52,730 nucleotides of DNA from positions 62,001 through 114,730 of the forward strand of contig JAAILG010000286.1 of assembly GCA_012026655.1 (NCBI GenBank). Direction: 5' to 3'. The translations under genes were made by a program, and so were the position numbers. Position 1 is the stretch's first letter; every line of letters begins with the position of its first letter. This document shows positions 1 through 17,181 of this stretch, piece by piece. Source of the stretch: Hydrolagus affinis (lineage: Eukaryota). The notes beneath the pieces were generated by a model. It did no database searches. It saw nothing but the letters and a program-made list of their open reading frames with translations, and had not been told where the DNA came from.

Positions 1-623
1 AATGCAAGGATAAAGATAGCAACAACAACTTGCATTTAGATAGGCCCTTCACATGGAATAAAGTAGTGTAACAACTACAGAAATAAGGCTAGAAATCTAA
101 TATTGTCTCTTTAAATATGCCACATTAAAATTGATCTGGTTCAGGCCACTAAATTCAGACATATGCTAGCTTTCTCTTTATAAAACTACATTCTTTTCTT
201 CAAAGTATTGTTCCAAATTCCCACTCCATTTTGCAAATTGTACTCACTGATGCAGTGGACAATTTATATAGGCACCTGTCTAGTCAGGAGAAAGTGCTTC
301 ACAGTGCTGAATAGACACCTGTGCTTGATTTGTGAGCTGAGATGGTAGGAGGAAGAAGGATGACTGAAAGTGAAATCAGTTTTGGGATGAGCTTTGAGAG
401 GGAAAGAGCAAACGGCACACATCCTCAAATGCATTTCCTATATACGACAGAACACATAGACCTACAGCAAGCAGTCAGTTGGATCACAAGAGACTACTAA
501 AAGTAAGCCATCTTCTTCCCACACGCGATCAAAATACAAACTAATTGCCACAGCCTGTTTCACTCAAATTATCAAGGTAACTAGCTAAAAAGTCACTGCT
601 AGAAGGAACAAGTTGTGCACTCA

Positions 624-7494
<6,871 letters not shown>

Positions 7495-8339
7495 TTATTA
7501 TTTTGTTGTTGTTTGTCTCTAGACTTTGTCATCATTTTTCCTATTTCCCTCAAGCACTTCTGGCCATTCCCTTAGACTGAATTGGAAGATATCAGGTAAA
7601 TGACATTTTAAATAAGTCATAGATTTCTCAAAATTATACGTTAATTTTATTCAAGACCTTTCTCACATTTCCAAACCGTAATATGGCATTACACTTCTAA
7701 ACTGTCAACAATTTTGATCATCACAAACCTGAGCTTAATACTGCACACTCAGGCAAAATTTGCATCAACATGTTCACAATTTCATTCATGTTGTAGGTAC
7801 TATTACAGAACTAGACATCATACAAATCTGCACCACGATTCACACAATTTCCCATGGGTACAGAATTCAAATCTAGAGATTCTCTTTTTGTACCATGATT
7901 AGACAAATAACTGCATCTTTTGTACTGGAACCCATTTACAATCAAGAAAATGTTACTTCAAATTGCACAAATCAGTGCAAACAAAAATGTGAAGTTCCTT
8001 TGTTATAGAAGTCATTGTTAACTATTCTACCATTTTCTTTGCAACAGTATTGCAACCATTGCTATAGTTCCCCCTCAGTTTGTCAATTGAACTTAACACT
8101 TTGGACAATTTTGCCAGAAAGTATTATTTCTAGTTTAATAGTGAAGAATTGAAAGAGAAAAACATTCTTGTAGCCTATCAAAGAATCCAAGAGAGGTGCT
8201 GCAGAAATGTATTTGTAACAAATAAAGGTTGCAGTAGGAGTTAAGTATTGTGCTTGCTAGGACTGCACTTGCATGGCTTGAGTCAGCTTAATAAACCGCC
8301 TACATCTTGGCAAATAGTTTTCATTCCGCCCACCTGGGC

Positions 8340-8800
8340 ACCTGTAGAGTATCTTAAGGTTCCATCTTTGGCCTCTTTTTTTGCTTTCTAAATGCACCAT
8401 CTTGGCGATATCATCTGCAGACATCTATCGATGATGCCCAAAATGTACTTCTCCTCCTCCAGCGACTCCCAGTCTGCTGATGTCCTCTGTCAGCTTGGAT
8501 GAGTGTAAATTTCCTGCAGCTGAATTGGCAAGACGGAAGCCATACTCTTGACGGCTCCCGTAAACGTCTTCTCTCTTGCGGGTCTGAACTCTTCAACCTC
8601 CTACCTACATATAGAAATTCCCAAGATAGATTGTTGGAATGTACACTCTCTCCCTGGAGAGAGTCAAGGTTTGGGGACCCCGGAGTATGTGTTGGGGGTA
8701 CTAACCAGCTAAAACTGCACAGGTTGCCATTGATAGTACTGACTGGCCAGCTTTCCTGCGTTTGTCCAGTGAGCAACACCCTATGGACGCTTTGACTTCC
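8340..8800 (+). mobile_element. Degenerate L2 LINE reverse-transcriptase fragment
   Basis: Frameshifted remnants GSIFGL, LGDII, DDAQ and WMSVNFLQLN..KTEAIL resemble QGSILGP / YADDTQ / WMxxNFLQLNxxKTE. Confidence 0.7.
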
Positions 8801-9339
8801 AGGATTAACAGGAGCTGAGTGGGAAGATTTCCTGCCCCCAGTGACCGGTCTGCCCTTACAAGTCCTACAGATGAACCGGTGCTGTGCTGTCATCGGCAGT
8901 GGAGAACTATATCAAATGCCACGATTGTTATTAGTATATATGCTACCAACACATGGAAATTTATCGGGACAGTATGGAAACGATGCATAAGTGCATCAAA
9001 TCAACTGCCTTCTGGGGTTGGGCAGTGCAACACCACCACATGCGACAAAATACGGGCGTGTACCCGCACTTTTCCTCACCTTGATCCCATTAAAAGGCTT
9101 CCTTGCAATTGATCATTTCTATCAAAAGAGACCCCCCCCAAAACGACAGACTCGGGGTGGGTGCGAGTGCTAATGATGGGAGAGGAGCATCAATGGAACA
9201 ACATACACACCGAGCCATTTTTTTTGTTTTGTTTCATCATCGACTGAACTCGTACGTTTACATAAAAAAGTGACAAAACTTGGAACCGGAAAAAAAAATC
9301 AGATGAATCTTCGTCTTCACTTCCATTTTAATTAATTTA

Positions 9340-10030
9340 CTCCGAGGCCAAGGAACACGTTTTCGCCGCGAATAGCACACACGACTGGAAAAAAAAAGGG
9401 TGCGAGCGACAGAGACAGAAGCCGCATCTCCTCTCTGTGGGATTGAGTCTCAAAATGCAGTCATTCCCCAGGCCTCACTGCCTGCCTGCCCTCCCTATCT
9501 CTCCGGCAGCCGAACAGACAGGCCCCACACAGCCCCTCACGCAGCCTTGCCCTATATTTGTCCTCGCAAGCCCGGCACCATTACCTGGAAAGAGTATGTG
9601 AGAGCAGAAGGAGGAGGAGGAAGAGAAGGCGTCGCCGCCACACGAGGTTGAATGGAACGAGCGTCCGTTAGAAGCCGGTCTCCGCCGCCGCCGTTTCCGC
9701 CTGGTTCCTCAGCGCGTACACCCCCCGAGTCGAGTCACTCAGTGCGCCTGCGCTCACTCCCCTCCCACCGCGGCGCTGAGGTGGGGGGGGGGGGTCAAAG
9801 ATCGCCGCCATCTCTCGCTTTTGAAATTGCAAATGGTGTCGTTTTTTAATACAAGTTGTGGCTCTTTCGATAGCGCCGCCGGCATTTCACCTAAACCGTG
9901 TTGGCCGCTTTCTTTGTGAAGCCACCGGTTTGATTGAGGTGGAGCTGAAGAGGAGTGTGGCAGGCAGATCCACTGAACTGAAGCCGCCACGTCGCCATAT
10001 TGGTAACAGGAGGCGAAGCCCCTCTCTAGA
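9340..10030. promoter_or_regulatory. CpG-island-like bidirectional promoter region shared by EIF2S1 and ATP6V1D
   Basis: High GC and CpG density against an AT-rich background, between two divergent genes. NRF1-like TGCGCCTGCGC at 9743-9753; YY1-like CGCCATATT with overlapping reverse CCAAT at 9993-10003. Confidence 0.8.
9585..9720 (-). other. EIF2S1: EIF2S1 non-coding exon 1 (5' UTR); upstream limit approximate
   Basis: Donor CCAG|GTAATG at 9584 inside the CpG-rich region. The exon end CACATACTCTTTCCAG joined to AATG resembles the mammalian leader as I recall it. Confidence 0.7.
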
Positions 10031-10190
10031 ATAAAAACGTTTTTTGTTCAGCTCCTTTACCCTCGAAGTTTAAAAATACTATACATCAGAGTGTATATTT
10101 ATTTGGAAATATAATATTTGGTCCAGCGTACAACTTCAAAGCGCCTCACGGTGTAGCCGTGAATACTCCCTCAACACAATCCTTCTCCCT

Positions 10191-10250
10191 ATCAATCAAT
10201 CAATCAATCAATCCTCTCTCCCTCCTCACAATCAATCAATCAATCCTCTC
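10191..10250. repeat. (TCAA)n microsatellite in two blocks, each followed by CCTCTCTC
   Basis: atcaatcaatcaatcaatcaatcctctctc ... caatcaatcaatcaatcctctctc. Confidence 0.85.
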
Positions 10251-10587
10251 TCGGGGAAGTGTTGAATACCGACTGAAATACGAATCTGTGTTTGTACGTG
10301 TTGGTTTGTTTGCGTGTTTGTGTGTTTGTCCGCTAAAGGGAAGCAGGGTCATTTCCGCTCCTCCATGTGACATTGATCAGCTGGTTCCAAACCCAGGCAG
10401 AATTGTCGAGCCAGAGTCGGTTGGTGTGTTTTTTTTAATCTGAAAGAAACAAGAGAAAATTACAGCAACACGCAGAACCTTCGCTGGACGGAGACAGCTC
10501 TGTCTGAAGGTCATCCGCACCTCGTTGTAGTCCATTGAGTGTTTCTCGATCTTTTTTTCCTCTCAATTCCTGCAACCCAGAGCAAAG

Positions 10588-10628
10588 ATGTCAGGAAAGG
10601 AGAGGATTGAGGTCTTTCCCTCTCGGAT
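10588..10628 (+). CDS. ATP6V1D: ATP6V1D coding exon 1 ([14 protein letters not shown])
   Basis: ATG at 10588 in context AAGATGT; donor GTAAGT at 10629. Confidence 0.95.
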
Positions 10629-13600
10629 GTAAGTATCAGGCTCTTCGTATCTCTCTTTTCCCCCCTTCCCACCCCCATTTTTTTTGGTATAAAATCGAGA
10701 TCGTTCCTCCTGTTTCTTGCAATAATTCGCTGTTTGTTTTAAAAAAATGATTAAAAAGAAAAAAAAGCATCTGCGAGATATTGATGGGGGGGGGAGAGTA
10801 ACGCTTGTCAGTCTATTCGAATAGCAATCAAAAGCAATCCAGTCCCGTCTCCCACTAAATTATGGATGTACAACAACTAGATTGGAATCGGAGTACGAGG
10901 CCTCGGAAGAACCTGGCGCCGGGGGAGGAGATTGGGATGGGGGAAGAAGCTAGGAGGAAGAGAAAGGAACTCAAATTGCTGATGGGTGATAGAATGTCAT
11001 TCTGCAGTCCAGCACCACTAACTGATTCCAAAATGTTGCAATCCACTATTGCTCAAGTCGAATCTTTTTAATGCGCAATATTGCATCTTTCAATCAGCAA
11101 ATACACCATCATTTTGATCTATATGCAGAACCCTTTTTCTGATTCGCTCTGAAAATGTCAAAAGTGCACAGTCACTACACATCACAGTGTTTCAGATGAA
11201 ATGCTTTGAAATGTGTTCCTGACATTAAAGGTGCTTTATCAGATTTTTTTATTCTTGAGAGTAAGGAAGAGATAGATTGACAGCTGTATTATCATCAACA
11301 ACAATAACAAAACGACATTTAAAGAAGGAGCAAGGCAAAGGGATTGTGGGATGGAGTTCCAAAGCGTGGGGGCAGAGAGGCTGAAAGCCTGGCTACCAGT
11401 CGTAGCGTGGGTCGGTCAGGATGGGTGGAGCAGGCCAGAACCTGCTGGGGTAATGGGGTCATGGAGCCAGGTGTGGGAGAGGACACATGAGTTTTGGATG
11501 GTCAGTTTGTGGAGGAAAAGGTTCGGGAGGCAGACAAGGATGGAGTTACCGTAGTCGAGCCTTGAGGTGACAAAGGCGTGTGTGAGGGTTTCTGCGGGTG
11601 TTTTCTGAGGGATGAGGCAGTGTCTCAGATGTTGCAGAGGTGGTTGGAAGGCAGTGGTGGTCATGGCACGGATGTGGGGGAAGAAAGGATAGTTCAGGGT
11701 CAAACAAGATACCCAGGTTCCTGACTGGCTTGGCGAGGTGGAGTGTGCATCTGTGGATGCTGATGCTGCCAATGCTAAAGTAAGCTGTTTGAATACTTTA
11801 TTTTTTCTTTCAGGGTACAGACGATAATGAAGGCACGTTTGAAAGGTGCTCAGACTGGTCGTAATTTACTAAAGAAAAAGTCTGATGCCCTTACTCTTCG
11901 CTTCAGACAAATCTTGAAAAAGATTATTGAGGTGAAAATTCCATCAAAAGAGTATGAGCTACCAAAACTTTGTTCGTTTTGCCTCAGTTTATAAATTGTT
12001 CTTTTGACAGAATAATAAGTTTGTTAGGAAAGCTTGGACACACATCCCTACCCTTCCCATTTGAATGATTGTTCCACCAATTGGAGTGGTGGAGCTTTAG
12101 CAGCTCACAAAAAAGAGCTGGTACATGCTATTCACATACTGGGCTCCAACTTACGCTTCTCAGATGTCAACTGATAACTAAGCAACTTTGGAGGCAGCAA
12201 AGCGTTGAGGAGACCTCATTTGTCTCTCTCCCACCAGAGAGACAAATCCTGGTGGGAGAGAGACAAATGAGGTCTCCTCAACGCTTTGCTGCCTCCAAAG
12301 TGACTTACTTGCCATTGAAATATCAGAGTCAAGGTGATCCTCTGTTGTGGGCTTGGTAGTTTGGCTCTGGCAAAACATAGCTCCTGCTCCCCTGACCAGC
12401 CCAATACTTGCCTGCAGGGTCAAGCCATCTGGGGAGTCAATGCACACTCCAGTCTTGACAAATGTGAAATCTTCATGCATAGATAGGTGGATAGGTGGGC
12501 GATTTGAATAATCGAACATTGTGATTGAATGACTTTTTAAAAATATTGGACTGACTTCCTGTTGCTTGGTTTGAATTAACTGTGACATTTCACTCCTCCA
12601 GACCAAGACTCTGATGGGTGAAGTAATGAGGGAGGCAGCCTTTTCCTTGGCGGAAGCTAAGTTTACTGCTGGAGACTTCAGGTGAGATAACGTCTTCAAG
12701 GGAGGATAAAAGTAACTCCATCCATGTACGTGGAACAATAATCCACTCTCCATTTTTCCATCTTTGCCCATCTCCAAAGGAATTGTGCTACTAATGTGAC
12801 TTTGAGACGGTTTCTAATAAAAACGATGGTTCATTGTTTTTTCCTCCTCAAATGTGGAGAAATATTTTTGCACAGCATCCGAGGCGCAGAACCAAGTATA
12901 GTAAAAGCCTGTTTATCCGGCACCCTCGGGACCCAGCCAATGCCGGTTAAAATGCGTGCCGGATATTCGGCCGAAAACGCCCCCCCCCCAAAAAATACTA
13001 ATAATTTCAGTGCATTTTTCCGGATAAATTCCGGTTAATCGAATGCGGACCTTTTTTTTTGCGATGCTGGTTATGCGGAAGTTACGGTTGATCGGGTGCC
13101 AGGTAAATGGGCTTTTACTGTAATATTAGTTGAGTGATTATCTATTCAGCTGATGTTCAAGAGCTACATTAAGAAAATTAACTCACAGATCACATTATGT
13201 AACAACTGTTGACATTTGTGGCTGATATCCTCGTTTCATTTTATGCAGTACCACTGTGATTCAAAATGTGAACAAGGCACAAGTCAAGGTCCGAGCTAGG
13301 AGAGACAACGTAGCAGGTATGTTTTACAAAGTATGCTTGAATCTTGTTCTTTAAATGAAACGTATTATTTCTGCCAATTGTCTTATCAGTGATTAAATAA
13401 ATGATCAGTACACAAGCAATTTACTTCATAGTACATAAATCAAGAGCTTACAATGAATCAAAACAACCTGCATTTATATAGAGTCCTTCATGCCGGAAGT
13501 GTCCCAGAGGCCTTAATAGAGAAGCTCAAGATTTTGGTAACTTGATTTGCTGTAAACTAATTTGTTGAAAGTGGCTTCATTAATAAACTAATTGTCTTGA

Positions 13601-16600
13601 TAGGTGTTACTCTGCCAGTGTTTGAATACTACCAGGAAGGAGGAGATAGTAAGTATACATTTACTTACTTCTCAGAAATAATGACTTATTCTGTTACTAA
13701 AGTTATTTCTGTAACAAGAAGATAGAATTAATGTGGATTTAAACAAAGAATTTGTACTTTTGAATGATTATTTGTACAAAACTTGTGAGAAAGTTTCCAG
13801 AAACAGTGTGGTACAGTATATGTGGAAAGAGAGTAGAGAATGTCAGCATATAGCAGAACAAGGAAGAGGATCGAGTACTTTGCACATTGTATTAGAGCAC
13901 CAGGCAGGCATTCTGCATGACTTGCTGACATCTTCTGGATAAGACATTCGATACACCAATTCCCTGAAACCCGAAAGCAATCATAAACTATCATTTTCAC
14001 TCAAACTTACTAATATCCTGAGAAACAGGATTATTGAGAGAGCTAAAATCTCTTCACATAGATCAACACTTGTACACAATTCCCCATTAGGACCAAAACT
14101 ACCTCTGGCTGTCCCAGTCATCCTGTTCTCTTGTGGGCCTCTAAAAGCTAGTGATTAAATATGAAGGTGAAGAGGAAGACACAGTACTTATCATCTCAAG
14201 CAAATATGACCCGAGACAAGTTCTTCATTTTCTGATTCTCGTCAGGTTATGAGCTGACTGGACTAGCCAGAGGCGGAGAACAGGTGGCTAAACTCAAGAG
14301 AAATTATGCAAAAGCAGTGGAGCTTTTGGTTGAACTGGCATCACTGCAGGTAAGAGGCACAGAGAGGTGATTCTAGTATTTTTTCACCACAAAAATTCAA
14401 TCTACACTACAAAAATAATACAAGTTACATTTAAAAAAAAAGACTGCATTTAGGCCCACCAAGCTTTAACCATACTAGGAATGTACACCTAGTTTTATTT
14501 CTTGAACAAAATTTGGAAAATAAAATAACTTGGACATGGTTTGAGTTGTGCTATCACAGTTAAATTCCACAATTCTGTAAGTGAGAATTCTGGTGAAATG
14601 GAGCCTCCCAAGTATCGCAAAAGAAAAATAAAGTACCTGTTCAGTAAAAAAAAAAGCCAAATAATTCAACTTAAACTAAGGAGTGGTCAGAAAAGGAACG
14701 TCTCTCTCTCTCTTAGTTTTAAGTGATTTTACTTTTTTGACCATATTCAAAGACCAACCTTCCATATAAAACAAACAAGATTATGGATTTTTTTTACAGT
14801 CATTCATTACGTTATCAAAATCAGGAATAGTCAGTACGTGATGCATATAAGCATGGCCACTGATTGTGGAACAACAACATTACATTTTTAGAGAGCCTTT
14901 CATCTTGGGAGGACTTCCCAAGGTGCTGAACGGAGAATACAAGGAACATTCAGGAGGCTGGAACCAGTTGAGTGGAGGCAGCGGGTAGTGGGTTGGGGAG
15001 TAAGCAGGTTGGAGAGATAGGGAGGTGCCTGGACATGAAGGGATTTGAAAACAATCTTGAAATCGATCCAAAATCAATGAAAATTAAATGAGTTTTATGT
15101 GACTGGCGATGCATCATCCTTTTTAAATACGGAAGTAAGCAAGGCTATGTTAAGACAAAATACCAGCACACATACGACATGTACCCACCGTAGCCTGTTG
15201 CTTGTGCAGAACTAATCCCAAGCCACTGCAAGAATGACTACATATAGCATGATAATGTAAACCACAAAACAATATGGGTGCTCAACAACAAATTGTACCT
15301 TTTTTAAAAAAAATGGTAGTAAAGAATGTAGTTCAGAAACCCCATTTCACTAGCTCCACGTTTGCTATTGGAACACTTGTCAACACACAATGTACAGAAT
15401 GAGATCATAAATGTAGTGAAAAACATTGTGTGAAAATATTATCAATGGTGAAATATAAAAATGTACTAAATTGTTTGTTTCAGACTTCATTTGTGACATT
15501 GGATGAAGCTATAAAGATCACAAACAGGCGTGTAAATGCTATTGAACATGGTAAGTTTTGCACTTTTGGTGTAACATTATGGCACAGAGCTTAAATATGT
15601 TACACTGCTTTGCAAAAGAGACAGATTTACCTAATTACTTTACCTCCCTAGAAGATGACTGGTGTGAAAATGGAAATGTGATACTGGTCTAGAGGGTGTA
15701 CTGAAGTTGGGGTTATGTTTGGGAAGAATGTATAAATATTACTCCACATCTGGCTATTCTGGGATTGTTTGATCTGAGGTGTTTAAATTTAGCCCAAATC
15801 AGAAATGTTTAAATGGAACAAGACAAAAATGGCCTGAGGGTAGGGGAATGGGGAAAATGTAGCTACTGAACAATTACTGACATGTAGATATTGAATTTGC
15901 GCAGAAGTATTCATTATGTTGTTTCACTTCCCAGTGATCATTCCTCGCATTGAGCGTACATTATCCTACATCATAACTGAACTGGATGAGAGAGAAAGGG
16001 AGGAATTTTATAGGTAAGCAATAACCTACAGCTTAATCACTGTAGTGTGAAATCATCAAGCTCAAATTTTAGACTATTTTATTGGTCAAAGGTCTTATTC
16101 CCAGACTTGCCTTTGCACGTTATGTCAAACCAACAGGCACTTTGCAGTAATATAAATAGCAATGCTTTCAAATTAACACATTTCTTGGAAAGGCACAAGA
16201 AAATCAAAGAGATTTCATAAAGTTGCTGCTGTAAAATTCAATTGACAGAGTGGTTCTAAATACTGTATCATTGCTCCAATATTGTTCAATGGCAAATTTT
16301 TTTGTATTATGTCACATGTTCTTATATAGCCCTGCAGTAGTTTTTTTTTCACCACCACATTTGTCAAGCACTTATAGATAAAACAGGCATGATATAAATG
16401 CAAGTTGTTGCTGCTAATGTGACATACCCAGGAATTAAGGTTCAATAGCCTTGAAAATAAACTACCACAGTACAATCCAGTCATAAATTAAGTTCTGCAT
16501 CAATTTACTTAATGATTTGATTAAACCTTTAACATTTTTCATCATTTGGGAGTACCAAGAGCTGCCAGTAGTTTTAACCAATATTTGGTATCAACTATAC

Positions 16601-16832
16601 CAATAGTTAACTCCCAAGTTTGCCTTTGTCGAGTAGTAGCATCACCATTTATAGGAAAGTGAATGAGCAACTGGTATTTTTGTATATCTGCAGGTTGAAA
16701 AAAATCCAGGAGAAGAAAAAGAATTTGAAAGAGAAGCAAGAAAAAGACCAGGAACATCGCAGGGTAATCTATGGGTACGAACCAGCCAACCTGCTTGAAG
16801 AAGAAAGGGATACAGACCTGTTATTTGACTAA
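10588..16832 (+). CDS. ATP6V1D: V-type proton ATPase subunit D, complete spliced CDS: join(10588..10628,11814..11931,12602..12681,13249..13316,13604..13648,14246..14349,15484..15550,15935..16013,16694..16832)
   Basis: Nine GT-AG exons totalling 741 nt = 246 aa plus TAA; [40 protein letters not shown]...[47 protein letters not shown]...DLLFD. Confidence 0.98.
11305..11745 (-). mobile_element. L2 LINE ORF2 3' fragment
   Basis: ORF 11416..11772 contains [24 protein letters not shown]...LHKL..QNS, typical of L2 ORF2. Confidence 0.85.
11814..11931 (+). CDS. ATP6V1D: ATP6V1D coding exon 2 ([39 protein letters not shown])
   Basis: Polypyrimidine tract plus CAG; GTGAAA donor; 118 nt. Confidence 0.96.
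12179..12307. repeat. Perfect 53-bp inverted repeat (12185-12237 / 12249-12301) with an 11-nt spacer
   Basis: Arms compared base by base; outer TAAG/CTTA extension after two mismatches. Confidence 0.97.
12602..12681 (+). CDS. ATP6V1D: ATP6V1D coding exon 3 ([27 protein letters not shown])
   Basis: CAG acceptor, GTGAGA donor; 80 nt. Confidence 0.96.
12899..13120. mobile_element. MITE, Tc1/mariner (pogo/Tigger-like), copy 2
   Basis: (T)AGTAAAAGCCTGTTTATCCGGCACCC ... GGGTGCCAGGTAAATGGGCTTTTACTG with TA flanks; colinear with 5990-6215. Confidence 0.9.
13249..13316 (+). CDS. ATP6V1D: ATP6V1D coding exon 4 ([22 protein letters not shown])
   Basis: CAG acceptor, GTATGT donor; 68 nt. Confidence 0.96.
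13604..13648 (+). CDS. ATP6V1D: ATP6V1D coding exon 5 ([15 protein letters not shown])
   Basis: TAG acceptor, GTAAGT donor; 45 nt. Confidence 0.95.
14246..14349 (+). CDS. ATP6V1D: ATP6V1D coding exon 6 ([35 protein letters not shown])
   Basis: CAG acceptor, GTAAGA donor; 104 nt. Confidence 0.96.
14885..15075 (-). mobile_element. Degenerate L2 3' end
   Basis: gcctttcatcttgggaggacttcccaaggtgctgaac tail motif followed by purine-rich L2 3' sequence. Confidence 0.6.
15484..15550 (+). CDS. ATP6V1D: ATP6V1D coding exon 7 ([22 protein letters not shown])
   Basis: CAG acceptor, GTAAGT donor; 67 nt. Confidence 0.96.
15935..16013 (+). CDS. ATP6V1D: ATP6V1D coding exon 8 ([27 protein letters not shown])
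   Basis: CAG acceptor, GTAAGC donor; 79 nt. Confidence 0.96.
16694..16832 (+). CDS. ATP6V1D: ATP6V1D last coding exon ([45 protein letters not shown])
   Basis: CAG acceptor at 16691-16693; 3' part of ORF 16620..16832. Confidence 0.96.
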
Positions 16833-17175
16833 CTTCACCTGGTGGCTTTTCAATTAGCTGCTGTTTCTTTAAAAAAGCAAATGTTGTTCTTGTCGTCTGT
16901 ATTAGTATTTGATGTACATTGATTGATTTCCAATGCAAAATATTAATCTATCAGTCCAGACCTGAATGCTAGCAGGATTGGGAGTTAACAGGCATCTTAT
17001 TTTACATATGAATGAAGCATTTCAATTATTGAAGTACTTTGTGTGGTTGTCAATGAATTGTATTATGATTGTTTTCTAATATTCAATTACTATTGTTCAA
17101 GAAAGATTTATCAGAGCCAAATAATGACATTCTTATGTGCAGTTTTGAGGCTGTACTAAGTGTTTGTTTGCATTA

Positions 17176-17181
17176 ATTAAA
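17176..17181 (+). terminator. Candidate ATP6V1D polyadenylation signal ATTAAA (alternative AATAAA at 17696-17701)
   Basis: Hexamer about 345 nt after the stop, followed by T/GT-rich sequence; motif only. Confidence 0.35.

Noticed and set aside
8411-8893. 160-aa minus-strand ORF
   Set aside because: Antisense to a decayed L2 RT fragment; no recognisable protein.
9400-9990. Short ORFs in the GC-rich region
   Set aside because: Stop-poor CpG-island sequence giving low-complexity Pro/Gly/Arg peptides.
12178-12777. 199-aa minus-strand ORF, and the 96-aa plus ORF 12069..12359 sharing the same peptide
   Set aside because: It is antisense to ATP6V1D exon 3 plus the palindrome; the duplicated peptide is an artefact of the inverted repeat.
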